Source: Octopus vulgaris
Lineage: Eukaryota
Direction: 5' to 3'
DNA length: 64,000 nt
Assembly (NCBI GenBank): GCA_951406725.2
Contig: OX597841.1
Span: 13,516,001-13,580,000 of the forward strand
Of the stretch, positions 26,755-37,959 are shown piece by piece (positions within the stretch are counted from its first letter, which is position 1; each line of letters opens with the position of its first letter). The notes under the pieces were generated by a model, which was not told the DNA's origin, did not search any database, and saw only the letters and a list, made by a program, of their open reading frames with translations. The position numbers and the translations under genes were made by a program.

Positions 26755-27200
26755 CATTGTGTGACATCACACCACACCACCACATGTGACTGTCCTACAC
26801 CACCTGTTACTCTCTTGTGCCACATGTGTGGATGCATTACATGCATCTGTTTTACATTGCACCACATGCGGCTACCCTACACCAAGCCACATGTGGTTGC
26901 CCTTCGCCAAGCTACATGTGGCAGTCCTGTGCTGCATCACAGCTGTCCTACACAGCACCACGTGACTGCACTACACCTCATGTAGCTGTCCTACACAGCA
27001 CTACATTTGGCAGCATCACATGTGGTTGCCATCCACCATGCCACATGGGACTGCCCTACACAGCATCATGTGTGCCTACATCGTACCACATGTGACTGCC
27101 ATTCACAACACCACATGTGGCTGCTGTGCACTGTGTCATGTGGATTTCCAACACATCATCACATGGCTGCCTTACTCCATGCACACCACCTGTCACTAAA
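26755..27200. repeat. Degenerate ~25-bp minisatellite
   Basis: Recurring cacatgtg(g/a)ctgtcctacacagcac. Confidence 0.7.
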
Positions 27201-27303
27201 CCACACTACACATCCAACATATACACCCTTACACTAAACACCCTACATCGGTCGTAACCCTTGCACTAAACGTCTCTCTCTCCCTTTTTTCTCCCCTTAC
27301 CAG

Positions 27304-27470
27304 GCTTCTTATGTTCTGGCATCTCTACAATCTGGGTCTCGAGGTACCCAGGCTTGTATCAATGCTGCCAGCACTGTAAGTGGCATAATTGGAGACCTCA
27401 ACACCACAATAATGTTTGCGACAGCTGGGACCCTGAATACAGAGGACGAAGAGAACTTCACAGATCACAA
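27304..27470 (+). CDS. TLN1: Talin exon (R10/R11): ASYVLASLQSGSRGTQACINAASTVSGIIGDLNTTIMFATAGTLNTEDEENFTDH(K)
   Basis: taccag| acceptor, AA|gtatgt donor (phase 2); hallmark GxRGTQACIxAASxVSGIIxDLxTTIMFATAGTL. Confidence 0.97.
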
Positions 27471-27763
27471 GTATGTAGTCACCTTTATCACTATTATTAT
27501 CATTATTATTATTATTCTGCTGTGTCTGGGGAGAGTCATTTTCTTTTTGTGCCTTCTTTTTGTAACACACTCACCAGTAAAATTTGTCCTATCCTGGACA
27601 AACACTCCCTCGGTACCTGCCAGAGGGAGTGTTTGTCCAGGATAGGACTACACAGCCACAGCAGGAAATGTATTAGGACATGAAATGTAAAAGCCGGACT
27701 GGACTATTTTATGCGCAACTCCATTGTCTCCCGAGACAAAAAGGATGCCAACAATTATTGTTA

Positions 27764-28075
27764 TTCTGTTGTGTCTGGGAAGAGTCATTTTCTTTTTGTG
27801 CCTTATAATTTAACACACTCACCGGTAAAATTTCCACTTATTTCTTATTTTTCTAAAATTTTCATTGCGTCTTGCAACCTTTTCAAGAGTCTTGACTCGA
27901 GTCAAGACACAACGAAAATTTTAGGAAAATAAAAATAAAAAATAAGTGGAAATTTTACCAGTGAGTGTGTTACATTGTAAGACACTAAAAGAGATTGACT
28001 CTCCCCAGACACAACAGAATATGCTTCAGCACACGAACTCATAGAAAGAATCTTGCAAACCAAAAACGAAATATT
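27764..28075. mobile_element. Foldback MITE (partial copies 27515-27585, 35160-35300)
   Basis: Arms attctgttgtgtctgggaagagtca... and ...tgactctccccagacacaacagaat; central palindrome tcttgactcgagtcaaga. Confidence 0.75.
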
Positions 28076-28217
28076 ATTATTATTAGCATTGCCAAGGTCG
28101 ACTTTGCCTTTCATCCTTTTGGGATCGATAAAATAAGTACCAGTTATGCACTGGGGTCGATGTAATTGACTTAATCCCATCCCCCCAAATTGCTGCCCTT
28201 GTGGCAAAATTTGAAAC

Positions 28218-28266
<49 letters not shown>

Positions 28267-28571
28267 TGTGTGTGCCTTCTGCTTTGTCACTCTCTCTCTT
28301 TCTCTGTTCATTTGTCTGTCTCTCTCTGTTTCTCAGTTTATGCCTCTATCTATCTACCTGTCTCCATATATTTGTCTATGTATCTGCCCACCTGTCTGTG
28401 CGTCCGTCCGTCCACCCACCATCTATCCACCCTCCTATCCATCCTTCCATCTGTCCATCTGTATATCCAACTATCTGTCTGTCCATTTGTCCACCCATCT
28501 AAGCATCCATCCATCCTTCCACTTATGTATATCTATCTATCAGTCTCTCTGTGTCTCACACCCACTATTTG

Positions 28572-28602
<31 letters not shown>

Positions 28603-28635
28603 GTTACTCACTTTCTTATTTCCCATCCAATCCAG

Positions 28636-28819
28636 AGAGAACATCTTAAAGACAGCAAAGGCCCTGGTTGATGACACCAAACTCTTGGTCGCTGGTGCTG
28701 CCTCCAACCAAGAACAGTTAGCTAATGCAGCCCAGATGGCCGTCAAAACCATAACACAGTTATCAGACGTTGTGAAATTAGGAGCCGCCTCCCTTGGATC
28801 TGACCAACCAGAAGCACAG
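28636..28819 (+). CDS. TLN1: Talin exon (R11): ENILKTAKALVDDTKLLVAGAASNQEQLANAAQMAVKTITQLSDVVKLGAASLGSDQPEAQ
   Basis: atccag| acceptor phase 2, CAG|gtcagt donor; hallmark ILKTAKxLVxDTKxLV...DVVKLGAASLG. Confidence 0.97.
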
Positions 28820-28929
28820 GTCAGTCGACAACAGCCAACACCTTTCTTGGCCCCTTTTTTGTTTTTATTGTTTCGTAATTTATTATTTAATTTTGGTGCG
28901 GCTGTGTGTCATTACAGGAGTTCATAAAG

Positions 28930-29378
28930 AGATGAAGAATAAATTCAAGACCTAGATGTCTTGCAAACAACTTGCACATGCAAGTGCTACCAGTCAAAAG
29001 TTCCGTAGACCGGAAGCCAGCAAGTGTATGGGGTCATCAGGAGAGAATGCGCACCATTTCGGGGCCTACCTCTCGACGGCATCAATGCGCACCAGCCCCC
29101 CCCCCCTCACTGATATGAGGCCCCGCTTGCTAGATCAGCTGGTTATCAAATAAAGCTCAATATCCTTCTAGCCATTGCTCATCGTCTCTTTTTAACCAAA
29201 TCCAGTGGCTAGCCTTTTCCACTGTAGATTGGATATCAGTCATGGTGGTATTGACTTTATGATGAGTTAGGTCTAGCGATAACAACAGTCGTCTCACGCT
29301 GTGTCCAACAAACCCTCTACATCCGACTCCGATTGGAAAATGTTCCGCTTTGCAGCCTGCATCTTCACATTCCTCGAT
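28930..29378 (-). mobile_element. 3' end of RLE non-LTR retrotransposon (Hero-like)
   Basis: 29378-29157 reads IEECEDAGCKAEHFPIGVGCRGFVGHSVRRLL...VEKASHWIWLKRDDEQWLEGY*, followed by a GC-rich 3'UTR. Confidence 0.75.
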
Positions 29379-30114
29379 TTACTACATAAAAATATATTTT
29401 ATTTACTGGTCGTTGATGAGACATAGAATGAAAATTGTAGAATCTAGTTGAATGAAGTAATCTATGCAAGAAAGTTCAGAGATAGGAAATGTAGAAATAA
29501 CAGCTAAGCGGTGGTTTTCACTCATGTGGTGTAGAGAAATAGATGGACATAGCAATGACGTGAATGGCTCTGAGTCTAATCGACTAAGAAGCGAAGAGCA
29601 GGGTTAGGAAGCTGTTTTTATTAATGGAACATTAGACATTCTAGAAACTTCCAAGGGAAACGCTAAGCTTCTTGAATAATTAAGAATCACGTCTCATGAC
29701 ACAGATGTTTTGAGAAACTTAGAAAAGGGAGGTTACTCTATGATCTTTCTTGCAAGGGAGACCATTCAACTATCTAGCTACAGCTACACGTTAAATTAAG
29801 AGAAGGAAATGGAAAGTTAGTGGTTGATATCTATTTGTTAATGAAAAAACATTAACCACTGATGCTCCATTTTCTTCTCTTCATTTAATACTTATTGATT
29901 TAGAGAAATTTTATTTCCCAAAGACTTACTGTATAAAACCAGTGTTTTCTTGGAAGTAACTATCTCTTTAAGAGGTAAATATATCCTCAAATTAACTTAG
30001 ATAGGAATCTCCTAGCTGTTTAAATGCACAAGTCTCCAATATCCAAGTGGTTAAAAAATATCAGTAGAAGAGCACCCAGAAGGCATGATCTGGATGCAGC
30101 CTGGCCCCTTAGAG

Positions 30115-30321
30115 CAGTGGTTTTCAACCAAGGTTCCGTGGGACCTTAGGGTTCCGCCAGTACAGTCCAGGGGTTCCGCAAAAAGTTACAAAACTGCTAA
30201 AATCAGCAGTAATTTTTAATTCACCTGTGCATAAGACTATTAAATTATTGCACAGGGGTTCCTCGAGCCAGTGGAATGTTTCCTTGGGGTTCCGCTCCAG
30301 CAAAAAGTTTGAAAAGCACTG
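30115..30321 (+). mobile_element. hAT-type MITE copy 1
   Basis: TIRs cagtggttttcaa / ttgaaaagcactg; subterminal ggttccg repeats. Confidence 0.85.
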
Positions 30322-30486
30322 GTCTAGGGAATACTACAATTTATTAATGGGTAGGTGCAATTTGAAGGTAAGCGGGGTCAGGATGTTTAAAAAAAGAAGT
30401 TATCAAGAAACAATATATAAGGGAAATAATTTACCATCAGGGGCTACAGGGTCAGTATTTAAGAGTGAGCTTGTAATGGTCTAGGG

Positions 30487-30706
30487 CAGTGGGTTTTCAA
30501 CCAGGGTTCCGCGAAACCTTAGGGTTCCGCCAGTACAGTTCAGGGGTCCCGCAAGAAGTTACAAAACTGCTAAAATCGGCAGTAATTTTTAATTTTCCTG
30601 TGCAGATATGTGTGCATAAGACTATTAAATTATTGCACAGGGGTTCCCCGAGCCAGTGGAATGTTTCCTTGGGGTTCCGCTCCAGCAAAAGGTTTGAAAA
30701 GCACTG
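30487..30706 (+). mobile_element. hAT-type MITE copy 2
   Basis: Same TIRs and body as copy 1, direct orientation. Confidence 0.85.
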
Positions 30707-30877
30707 CCTTAGAGTGTGAGAGGTTAAGGGCCAAAATACTCTGGAGACCTGCTCTTAAGAGTTTCTTACCACTTCTGCTGAGGTAAAGCAGCTGGATTGA
30801 TAGTCAATATTCTACACTGATGATCGAAGAATTTTGTCATAAATCCCTTTTGATTTCTCTCCCTTTGTTCTGTTTAG

Positions 30878-31003
30878 GTTTTGTTGATAAATGCTGTCAA
30901 AGATGTCGCCTCTGCCCTTGCCGATCTTATTAGCGCCACAAAAAACGCTTCTGGCAAAAATGTGTCTGATCCCGCTATGGGTAGTTTAAAGGATTCCGCT
31001 AAG
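30878..31003 (+). CDS. TLN1: Talin exon (R11, integrin-binding site 2 helix): VLLINAVKDVASALADLISATKNASGKNVSDPAMGSLKDSAK
   Basis: gtttag| acceptor, AAG|gtaagt donor; hallmark VxLINAVKDVAxALxDLISATK. Confidence 0.97.
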
Positions 31004-31449
31004 GTAAGTGATCGAATAAGGGCCAATTTTCATTTCTCATTGATTATGTGTAAAGATGTGTACAGTTATATATGCATACTCACATACACATATAGATATG
31101 TGTGTGAGTGTATATATGTAGATATATGCAGATATGTTTGTATATATGATTTGTGGGGGAGGGGTCTTTCCTTCTTTCTTTCATACCTTTCTGGTGTCTT
31201 GTAGTTGTTGTCTTGTTGGTCCAATGTATTTATGTGCGTGTGTGTATATATGTCTATATATCATTACGTATTGTATATATACATACCCACACATCTATGC
31301 ATGCGCATACAGACAGATGTGCATAAATATATATTTATACACTCACAAATGTCTATACATATTGATTTTTATATAGAGAGAGAAAGAGACAGACAGATGT
31401 GCATACATTTATTTACACCCCCCACACACAATTATGCGTGCCTAGATTA

Positions 31450-31483
31450 TATATACATGTGTATATATATGTATATATATATG

Positions 31484-31514
<31 letters not shown>

Positions 31515-31549
31515 GTATATATATATATGTATATATATATATATGTATG

Positions 31550-31580
<31 letters not shown>

Positions 31581-31623
31581 GTATGTATATATATATGTAT
31601 GTATATATATATATATATGTATG

Positions 31624-31692
<69 letters not shown>

Positions 31693-31723
31693 GTATGTAT
31701 ATATGTATGTATATGTATGTATG

Positions 31724-31784
<61 letters not shown>

Positions 31785-31950
31785 GTATGTATATGTATGT
31801 ATGTATATATATATATATATATATTATATATGTATATATATATGTAATATGTATTTTATATATGTATGTATATATATATTATGTATGTATTATATATATG
31901 TAATATGTATTTTATATATATATATATATATTATATTATGTGTATATATC
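31450..31950. repeat. (TA)n/(TATG)n compound microsatellite
   Basis: Directly visible. Confidence 0.92.
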
Positions 31951-32270
31951 GTTGGTGGTGGTTCCTCTTTGTTTCCAAGTATTTCTTTCTTCGGTGAAGA
32001 AGTGTTGACTGCATCATTTTGGTTTGGGTGGATCCCTACTTGCCAGGAAGTAACCCACACACTATGGTCTCAAAGACAACCTCTGTGGCTCATGTGTATA
32101 TATATAAAAACAAACCAAGAAGTTGGAAAATTATTTTGGCATTATTTAGTCACCATTACACATGTTTCGTTTCCAAATGTCCTGTTTTGTTATATGATAA
32201 CTTTGGAAACAATACTTTCAGAAATTTCCACTCTATGTATATAACTTTAATATACATATATATCTCATTC

Positions 32271-32328
<58 letters not shown>

Positions 32329-32821
32329 GCATACATACACACAAACTCTTTAGGTATAAACAAAAAGGTATACCTACAGTATTCAAGGGCTCAATTATAT
32401 TGTTAAACATGTCATCAAACACAAATGAATTATTACAATGCAATGAATATTGATGGAATAAACTGGTGTGTATAAGGAGAATCACTTAAATTGTAAGCCA
32501 AGAGACTTAGAACACTTAAAAGTAGAAAAGAGTGAATTTTACGTATGATATATAAACGTTTCTTGACAGCTGTTTCGAAAGAGTAACTACATCATTGAAT
32601 ATATACTTATGTATTTAGTAAACGTAATTAATTAAAATGTGATGGGTTACTCATTTCCTTAGGGGAAAAGGATGGAAAATAGAAATTGAGAGAGAAAGAA
32701 AAACGTAAAGACAAAAGAGACCGAGGTGTTGTGTCAAGTGTACCAATTCCTCAGGAATAATTGTCTTCGTAGTCCTCCACAATCTCTGAATCTTTCAGGC
32801 TATTACCATTATTACCAAAGC

Positions 32822-33640
32822 AATAAACTGGCAGAACCATTAGCATATCGGTCAAAATGCACAGCGGCATTTCACCTGTCTTTATACATTCTCAGTTCGA
32901 ATTTCACCAAGGTTGACTTTGCCTTTCATCCTTTCAGGGGTTGATAAAATAAGTACCTATTTCTTTATTACCCACAAGGGGCTAAACACAGAGGGGGACA
33001 AACAAGGACAGACATAGGTATTAAGTCGATTACATCGACCCCAGTGCGTAACTGGTACTTAATTTATCGACCCCGAAAGGATGAAAGGCAAAGACAACCT
33101 TGGCGGAATTTGAACTCAGAACGTAACTACAGATGAAATACCTATTTCTTTACTACCCACAAGGGGCTAAATACAGAGAGGACAGACAAGTGGATTAAAT
33201 CGATTATATCGACCCAGTGCGTAACTGGTACTTATTTAAACGACCCTGGTGGAATTTGGACTCAGAACGTAGCGGCAGTCGAAATACCTATTTCTTTACT
33301 ACCCACAAGGGGCTAAACACAGAGGGGGACAAACAAGGACAGACATAGGTATTATGTCGATTACATCGACCCCAGTGCGTAACTGGTACTTTAATGTATC
33401 GACCCCGAAAGGATGAAAGGCAAATCGACCTCGGCGGAATTTGAACTCACAACGTAACGGCAGACGAAGTACCGCAAAGTATTTCGCCCGGTGTGCTAAC
33501 GCTTCTGCTAGCTCGCCGCCTTTATAAATAAGTACCAGTTATACACTGGTAAAATAAGTACCAGTTATACACTGGGGTCGATGTAATCGACTACCCCCTC
33601 CCCGCAGATTTCAGGCCTTGTGCCTTTAGTAGAAAGTATT
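32822..33640. mobile_element. Meta-domain tRNA SINE with an inverted trimer of the same family nested inside
   Basis: Core gtcgactttgcctttcatcctttcggggtcgataaa..aagtacc; aaataagtacc duplicated around the nested block. Confidence 0.75.
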
Positions 33641-34291
33641 ATCATTATTATTATCATTATTATTATTATTACTACGTTTGCCCCATAAAGCATTGAACCG
33701 TTGCCAATTTTCATGATGTAGACTGCATCGTCAGTTTGTAGATTAAAATTACGAATGTTTAATTAAATTAATAATAAATTTTTTAGAAATGTGTTATGAC
33801 ATGCTGTTAACCTCACTAACGATCCTTTGACTCGTTACTATTCTAACTGGCATCGTTAATTAATAGATTTTTTTTTTTTTTTTAGTTTTTATTGAATGAT
33901 TTAAAACAATAAAAAAAAAAGTTGAGCCAAGGGAAATAATTCAAATTGGCCAATGGCATGCATTTCAAACAAATTAAACAAATACGAGTATAGCAGATAC
34001 CATGTGACATAAATTTTTGTTTTACTTAAATTACCTCCACCTCTAGAGAGCCAGAAACACATCTCTGTTCTTTTCTTTCATGGCAAGTCATATTCGGAGA
34101 AATCCTTTGGTCTTGGGATTGTCTCCCCTTCTCAAGTGGAGCTCTTCTTCATTGCCCATTGGTCATTATGATACGTTCTCTAAAGGGGGAGACAATTCTA
34201 ACAAATGAAGAATTTATGTTGTATGGTATTTTATATACCTATATTTCTCTCTCCCTCTCTCTCCATATATATATATATATATATATATACA

Positions 34292-34680
34292 CTAGCAGTA
34301 TCACCCGGCATTGCTCAGGTTTGTTTTGACCCTTTAGAATTGGAATTTCTGAAAAGTAAAAATTTTGCCTTATGTAGCTTGTTATTCTCTTTAAGTGAAC
34401 ATTTTTCTGGTTGAAATACACCGGAAAATGGCGATGCAGCAGTAAAAAAATTGTAAAAATTAGGGATTTCCATAGAAAAAAGCACCTTTTTGATGTAAAT
34501 AATTTTTGGTGTTAACATGGTCCGATTTGAACTTTTTCTTCTACGGAAGGAAGAGCAAGCCTTCTTCTATCATACTCTCAATTTTGGTCAACTTGTGCTG
34601 CAGGGTCTCGGAGGAGATAGTGATAGTTGAAGGCTACCAAACCTGCCATACACAGACAACTTCAGATTTATATATAGAGA
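34292..34680 (-). mobile_element. Non-autonomous Helitron (second copy 51006-51371; related fragment ~50270-50626)
   Basis: Minus strand 5'-TC(T)ATATATAAA... ending in hairpin cccgagcaacgcc(a)gg + CTAG-3', inserted between A and T. Confidence 0.8.
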
Positions 34681-35427
34681 TATATATGATGGATTCTCTT
34701 GTGTTGTGAACAGTAAATGTGGATGTGATAGTACAGCAATTTTCAATTTCATTAACACAGAACAATGTAAAGATTGACCATAAATAGGCTTTGCTCTTCT
34801 GAGGACGAGAGTACAGTATCCATCAGCCGTAGCTTTAGTCAAGAACCTCCCTGGTCAGCAGACAGCCATGTCTAAATACCATTTCTAAATCCTCGTTTCC
34901 AACTGGTTGGAGTGATATTATCAATAGTGAATATAATGTGTATAGTTATAGTAGTAATATCAGTAAAAAAGTGGTAATCGTGTTCTGTGGACACAAATGT
35001 GTTTCTTGAGGGGCCTGTTGGTGCCTTGCAAACCTCTTGGCAAGTGGAACAAGTTGAGGGCCCAGTTTGCTGGAGTGCTTCTGGATCATTCACTCTGTGT
35101 TTCCTTTGCTTCATGCCACAAAACCATGACAGGTGCTTATATATATATATATATATCTCTTTTGTTTTGGGAATTGGTTTGCAAGATTCTTTATATGAGT
35201 TCGTGTGTTGAAGCATATTCTGTTGTGTCTGGGGAGGGTCAGTCTCTTTCAGTGCCTTGTAATTTAACACACTCACCAGTAAAATTTCCACTTATTTCCT
35301 TCTGCTTCAGGTTCAGTCCCACTACACAGCACCTTGGGCAGTGTTTTTTTTTTCTATAATCCCAATAAATGAAAGAGCTTGTATATATATTACACACCCA
35401 TGCCCTGATACATGTACATACTGATGT

Positions 35428-35472
<45 letters not shown>

Positions 35473-35490
35473 CAACAAGAATAACTTCGG

Positions 35491-35578
35491 TAATTTGGTA
35501 CGATCGTTTCACGCTACATCAATTAAATGTTGTAAGTATTACAACAGTTTTAAAATGTTGAGCAATCATCAGCCATTA
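35491..35578 (-). ncRNA. Type I hammerhead-ribozyme-like motif (Penelope-associated)
   Basis: taatgg-CTGATGA-ttgc..tgttgtaa/ttacaaca..gcgt-GAAAC-gatc-GTA-ccaaatta. Confidence 0.6.
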
Positions 35579-36204
35579 ATAGAGGTTTTCCATTAATACA
35601 TAATTTTCATATCAATTGATAACATTACAGAGAAGGTAGATATATAGACAAAGATGTCGATTTAAATTTTAAGAACATTAAGGTAGTAGTGGTTATCAAC
35701 TGACTGAAGAATATTCAAAATATTCAGTTGTTTTGTACTGCTAGAAGGTTTGGGAGAAACACAGAACATCTCAAAATAAATACAGTATATATAGGCGCAG
35801 GAGTGGCTGTGTGGTAAGTAGCTTGCTTACCAACTACATGGTTCTGGGTTCAGTCCCACTGCGTGGCACCTTGGACATGTCTTCTGCTATAGCCTTGGGC
35901 TAACCAAAGTGGATTTGGTAGACGGAAACTGAAAGAATCCCATCTTGTGTGTGTGTGTATATATATATGTTTGTGTGTCTATGTCCCCCCCCCCCATCAC
36001 TTGACAACCGATGTTGGTGTGTTTACGTCCCTGTAACTTAGCAGTTCATCAAGAGACTGATAGAATAAGTACTAGGCTTACAAGGAATAAGTCCTGGGGG
36101 TCAGTTTGTTTGATTGAAGGCTGTGCTCCAGCATGGCCACAGTCAAATGACAGAAACAAGTGAGTTAAAGAATATATGCAGATGTACGCACAAATACGTA
36201 TATA

Positions 36205-36244
<40 letters not shown>

Positions 36245-36571
36245 GGTACATACATATATACACACATATATCTTTGTGTGTTCTTTGTTTATTCTCTGTG
36301 AAACCTTGTGGTGTTTATGTTCTGTAACTTAACAGTTCAACAAAGGAAGTTTGATAAAGTTCAACAAAACTCTTGAAGGCCATCCTCCAACTTGGTCACA
36401 GGCTGGTGACTAAGATTTATGCTGACCAATCAGAAAACTCTCTTCCACCTGCTTTTTTGTTTGTCTTTTTGATGTCACTTACCGAAATGCTCCAACTAAG
36501 GAAACCGGTGGTTGTACCTCATTGGAACTGACAGCATTAGCGGTTCCGTTCCAGCTAATTGAATTCTATTT

Positions 36572-37146
36572 CTAACCCTTTCGTTACTGTATTTATTTTG
36601 AGATTCTCTGTGTCTCTTTCAATTAATTTTAAACATAAGAAAGAATTTATTATCATTTAGTATCGTTATCATTCAGCTAGTGTTAGGAACATAAATTGTG
36701 ACTAAGGTTTGGTGGAAGATTTTAATTCAGAACTTATGAAAACAAGACATTTGTACTACAGAGCCAGATGTGGTTGGCATCGAAAGGGTTAAACACACCT
36801 CTACATTTGGGCAGATGCAGATTAGAAGCAGTTGGAAGGGTGTGGATTGAAGGAAATTTAAGCTATTATTTCTAGCATATAGAGTGACCACATTGAGGTC
36901 TCCTCCTCTCCTGTCTTCTGCTGATTATTTTTCTTCTTAACCCTTTCATTACCATATTTCTGTTGAGATGCTCTTCTGTGTTTCTTTCAATTATTTTAAA
37001 TATAACAAAGAATTTAATAAAATAACTAAGTTATCATTAAGCTAGTGTTAGGAACATAAATTGTGACTAGGGTTTGGTGGAAGATTTTAATTGAGAACAT
37101 TTGTACACAGGGCCGGTTTCAGCCAGGTTGGTAACAAAAGGGTTAA
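36572..37146 (-). mobile_element. Inverted copy of the MITE-spacer-MITE cassette
   Basis: Spacer 36793-36936 is the reverse complement of 25780-25922 with few differences. Confidence 0.8.
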
Positions 37147-37959
37147 AGGTTTGCTTTGGTGGGAAAAATACATTCAATACACAAAGCGGGATACACATGT
37201 CATTTGTTAATAGCTTAAGCAACTCAGGTTTCCTGGCGGTGCACTTGTGAAACTTTGACAAGGGCATTGGCAGGGAACCTTACATCCTGGAGTCATTTAC
37301 ATAGCTTTGCAGCTTACTCTACAATTTGGATTCTTTTCTCACAGACTGAGTTTCATGTTACATTGTTTGTCGGGCTTGGTTCTTGGTCAGTTTGTTGCCT
37401 GACAATTGCGCCATGAAAAACTGACTCATAAGGAAGGAATTCAATTGAAATAAATCATATACTCTACACCATGTATTGAATACTCCCTCATGTATTAACA
37501 AAAGTAATGTTTGAACATTATATACTCACATACACTCCCACAGGTATATATATACAAACGAACATATACATTCATATGTGTACACATATATATACATAAA
37601 TACAAATATATTTGTATTTATGGGGCCATGTAAAAAGTGCTGGTGTCACATAAAAGGGACCTTGTACACTGTAAAGTGGTCAGTATTAGGAAGGGTACCC
37701 AACAATGAAAACAGACTGGTTCAACTCCTGGCTTTTCCAGTTCCTGTCAAACTGTCCAACCCATGCCAGCATAGGGGAAACAGATGTTGAATGATAATGG
37801 CTTATTTATGTTCCTTGAGTATTTGAATCCATGGTATGTGAAAATTCCACACACTGTTAAATGGGTTATGGAATGGCCTGTTGTGTTGAGGTGGGTGGTG
37901 ACAGGTTGACCAGACATGCATGATTGTGTGCACTTCAAGTGCAATCCTGAAAGCGATTG

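Noticed and set aside
29030-29075. GAAA...CTGATGA on the minus strand in the Hero-like UTR as a type II hammerhead
   Set aside because: Both would-be stem II strands are cccc and cannot pair
29400-30110. Possible further retroelement remnant
   Set aside because: No motif could be read with confidence; left unannotated
31130-31155. agatatgtttgtatatatgatttg resembles miR-190, which is hosted in talin introns in flies and vertebrates
   Set aside because: Diverges after 11 nt, sits in (TA/TG) low-complexity DNA, and has no clear star arm. The conserved miR-190 intron is, as I recall, further 3' than the last exon here, so check the next window.
31205-32244. Y/I/M/C-rich ORFs, and the many similar ones across the window
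   Set aside because: (TA)n/(TG)n microsatellite translations
37345-37416. Acceptor followed by TEFHVTLFVGLGSWSVCCLTIAP* (similar cases at 39034 and 40731)
   Set aside because: Good acceptors are common in pyrimidine-rich introns and nothing else supports these individually; mentioned only within the large-intron hypothesis
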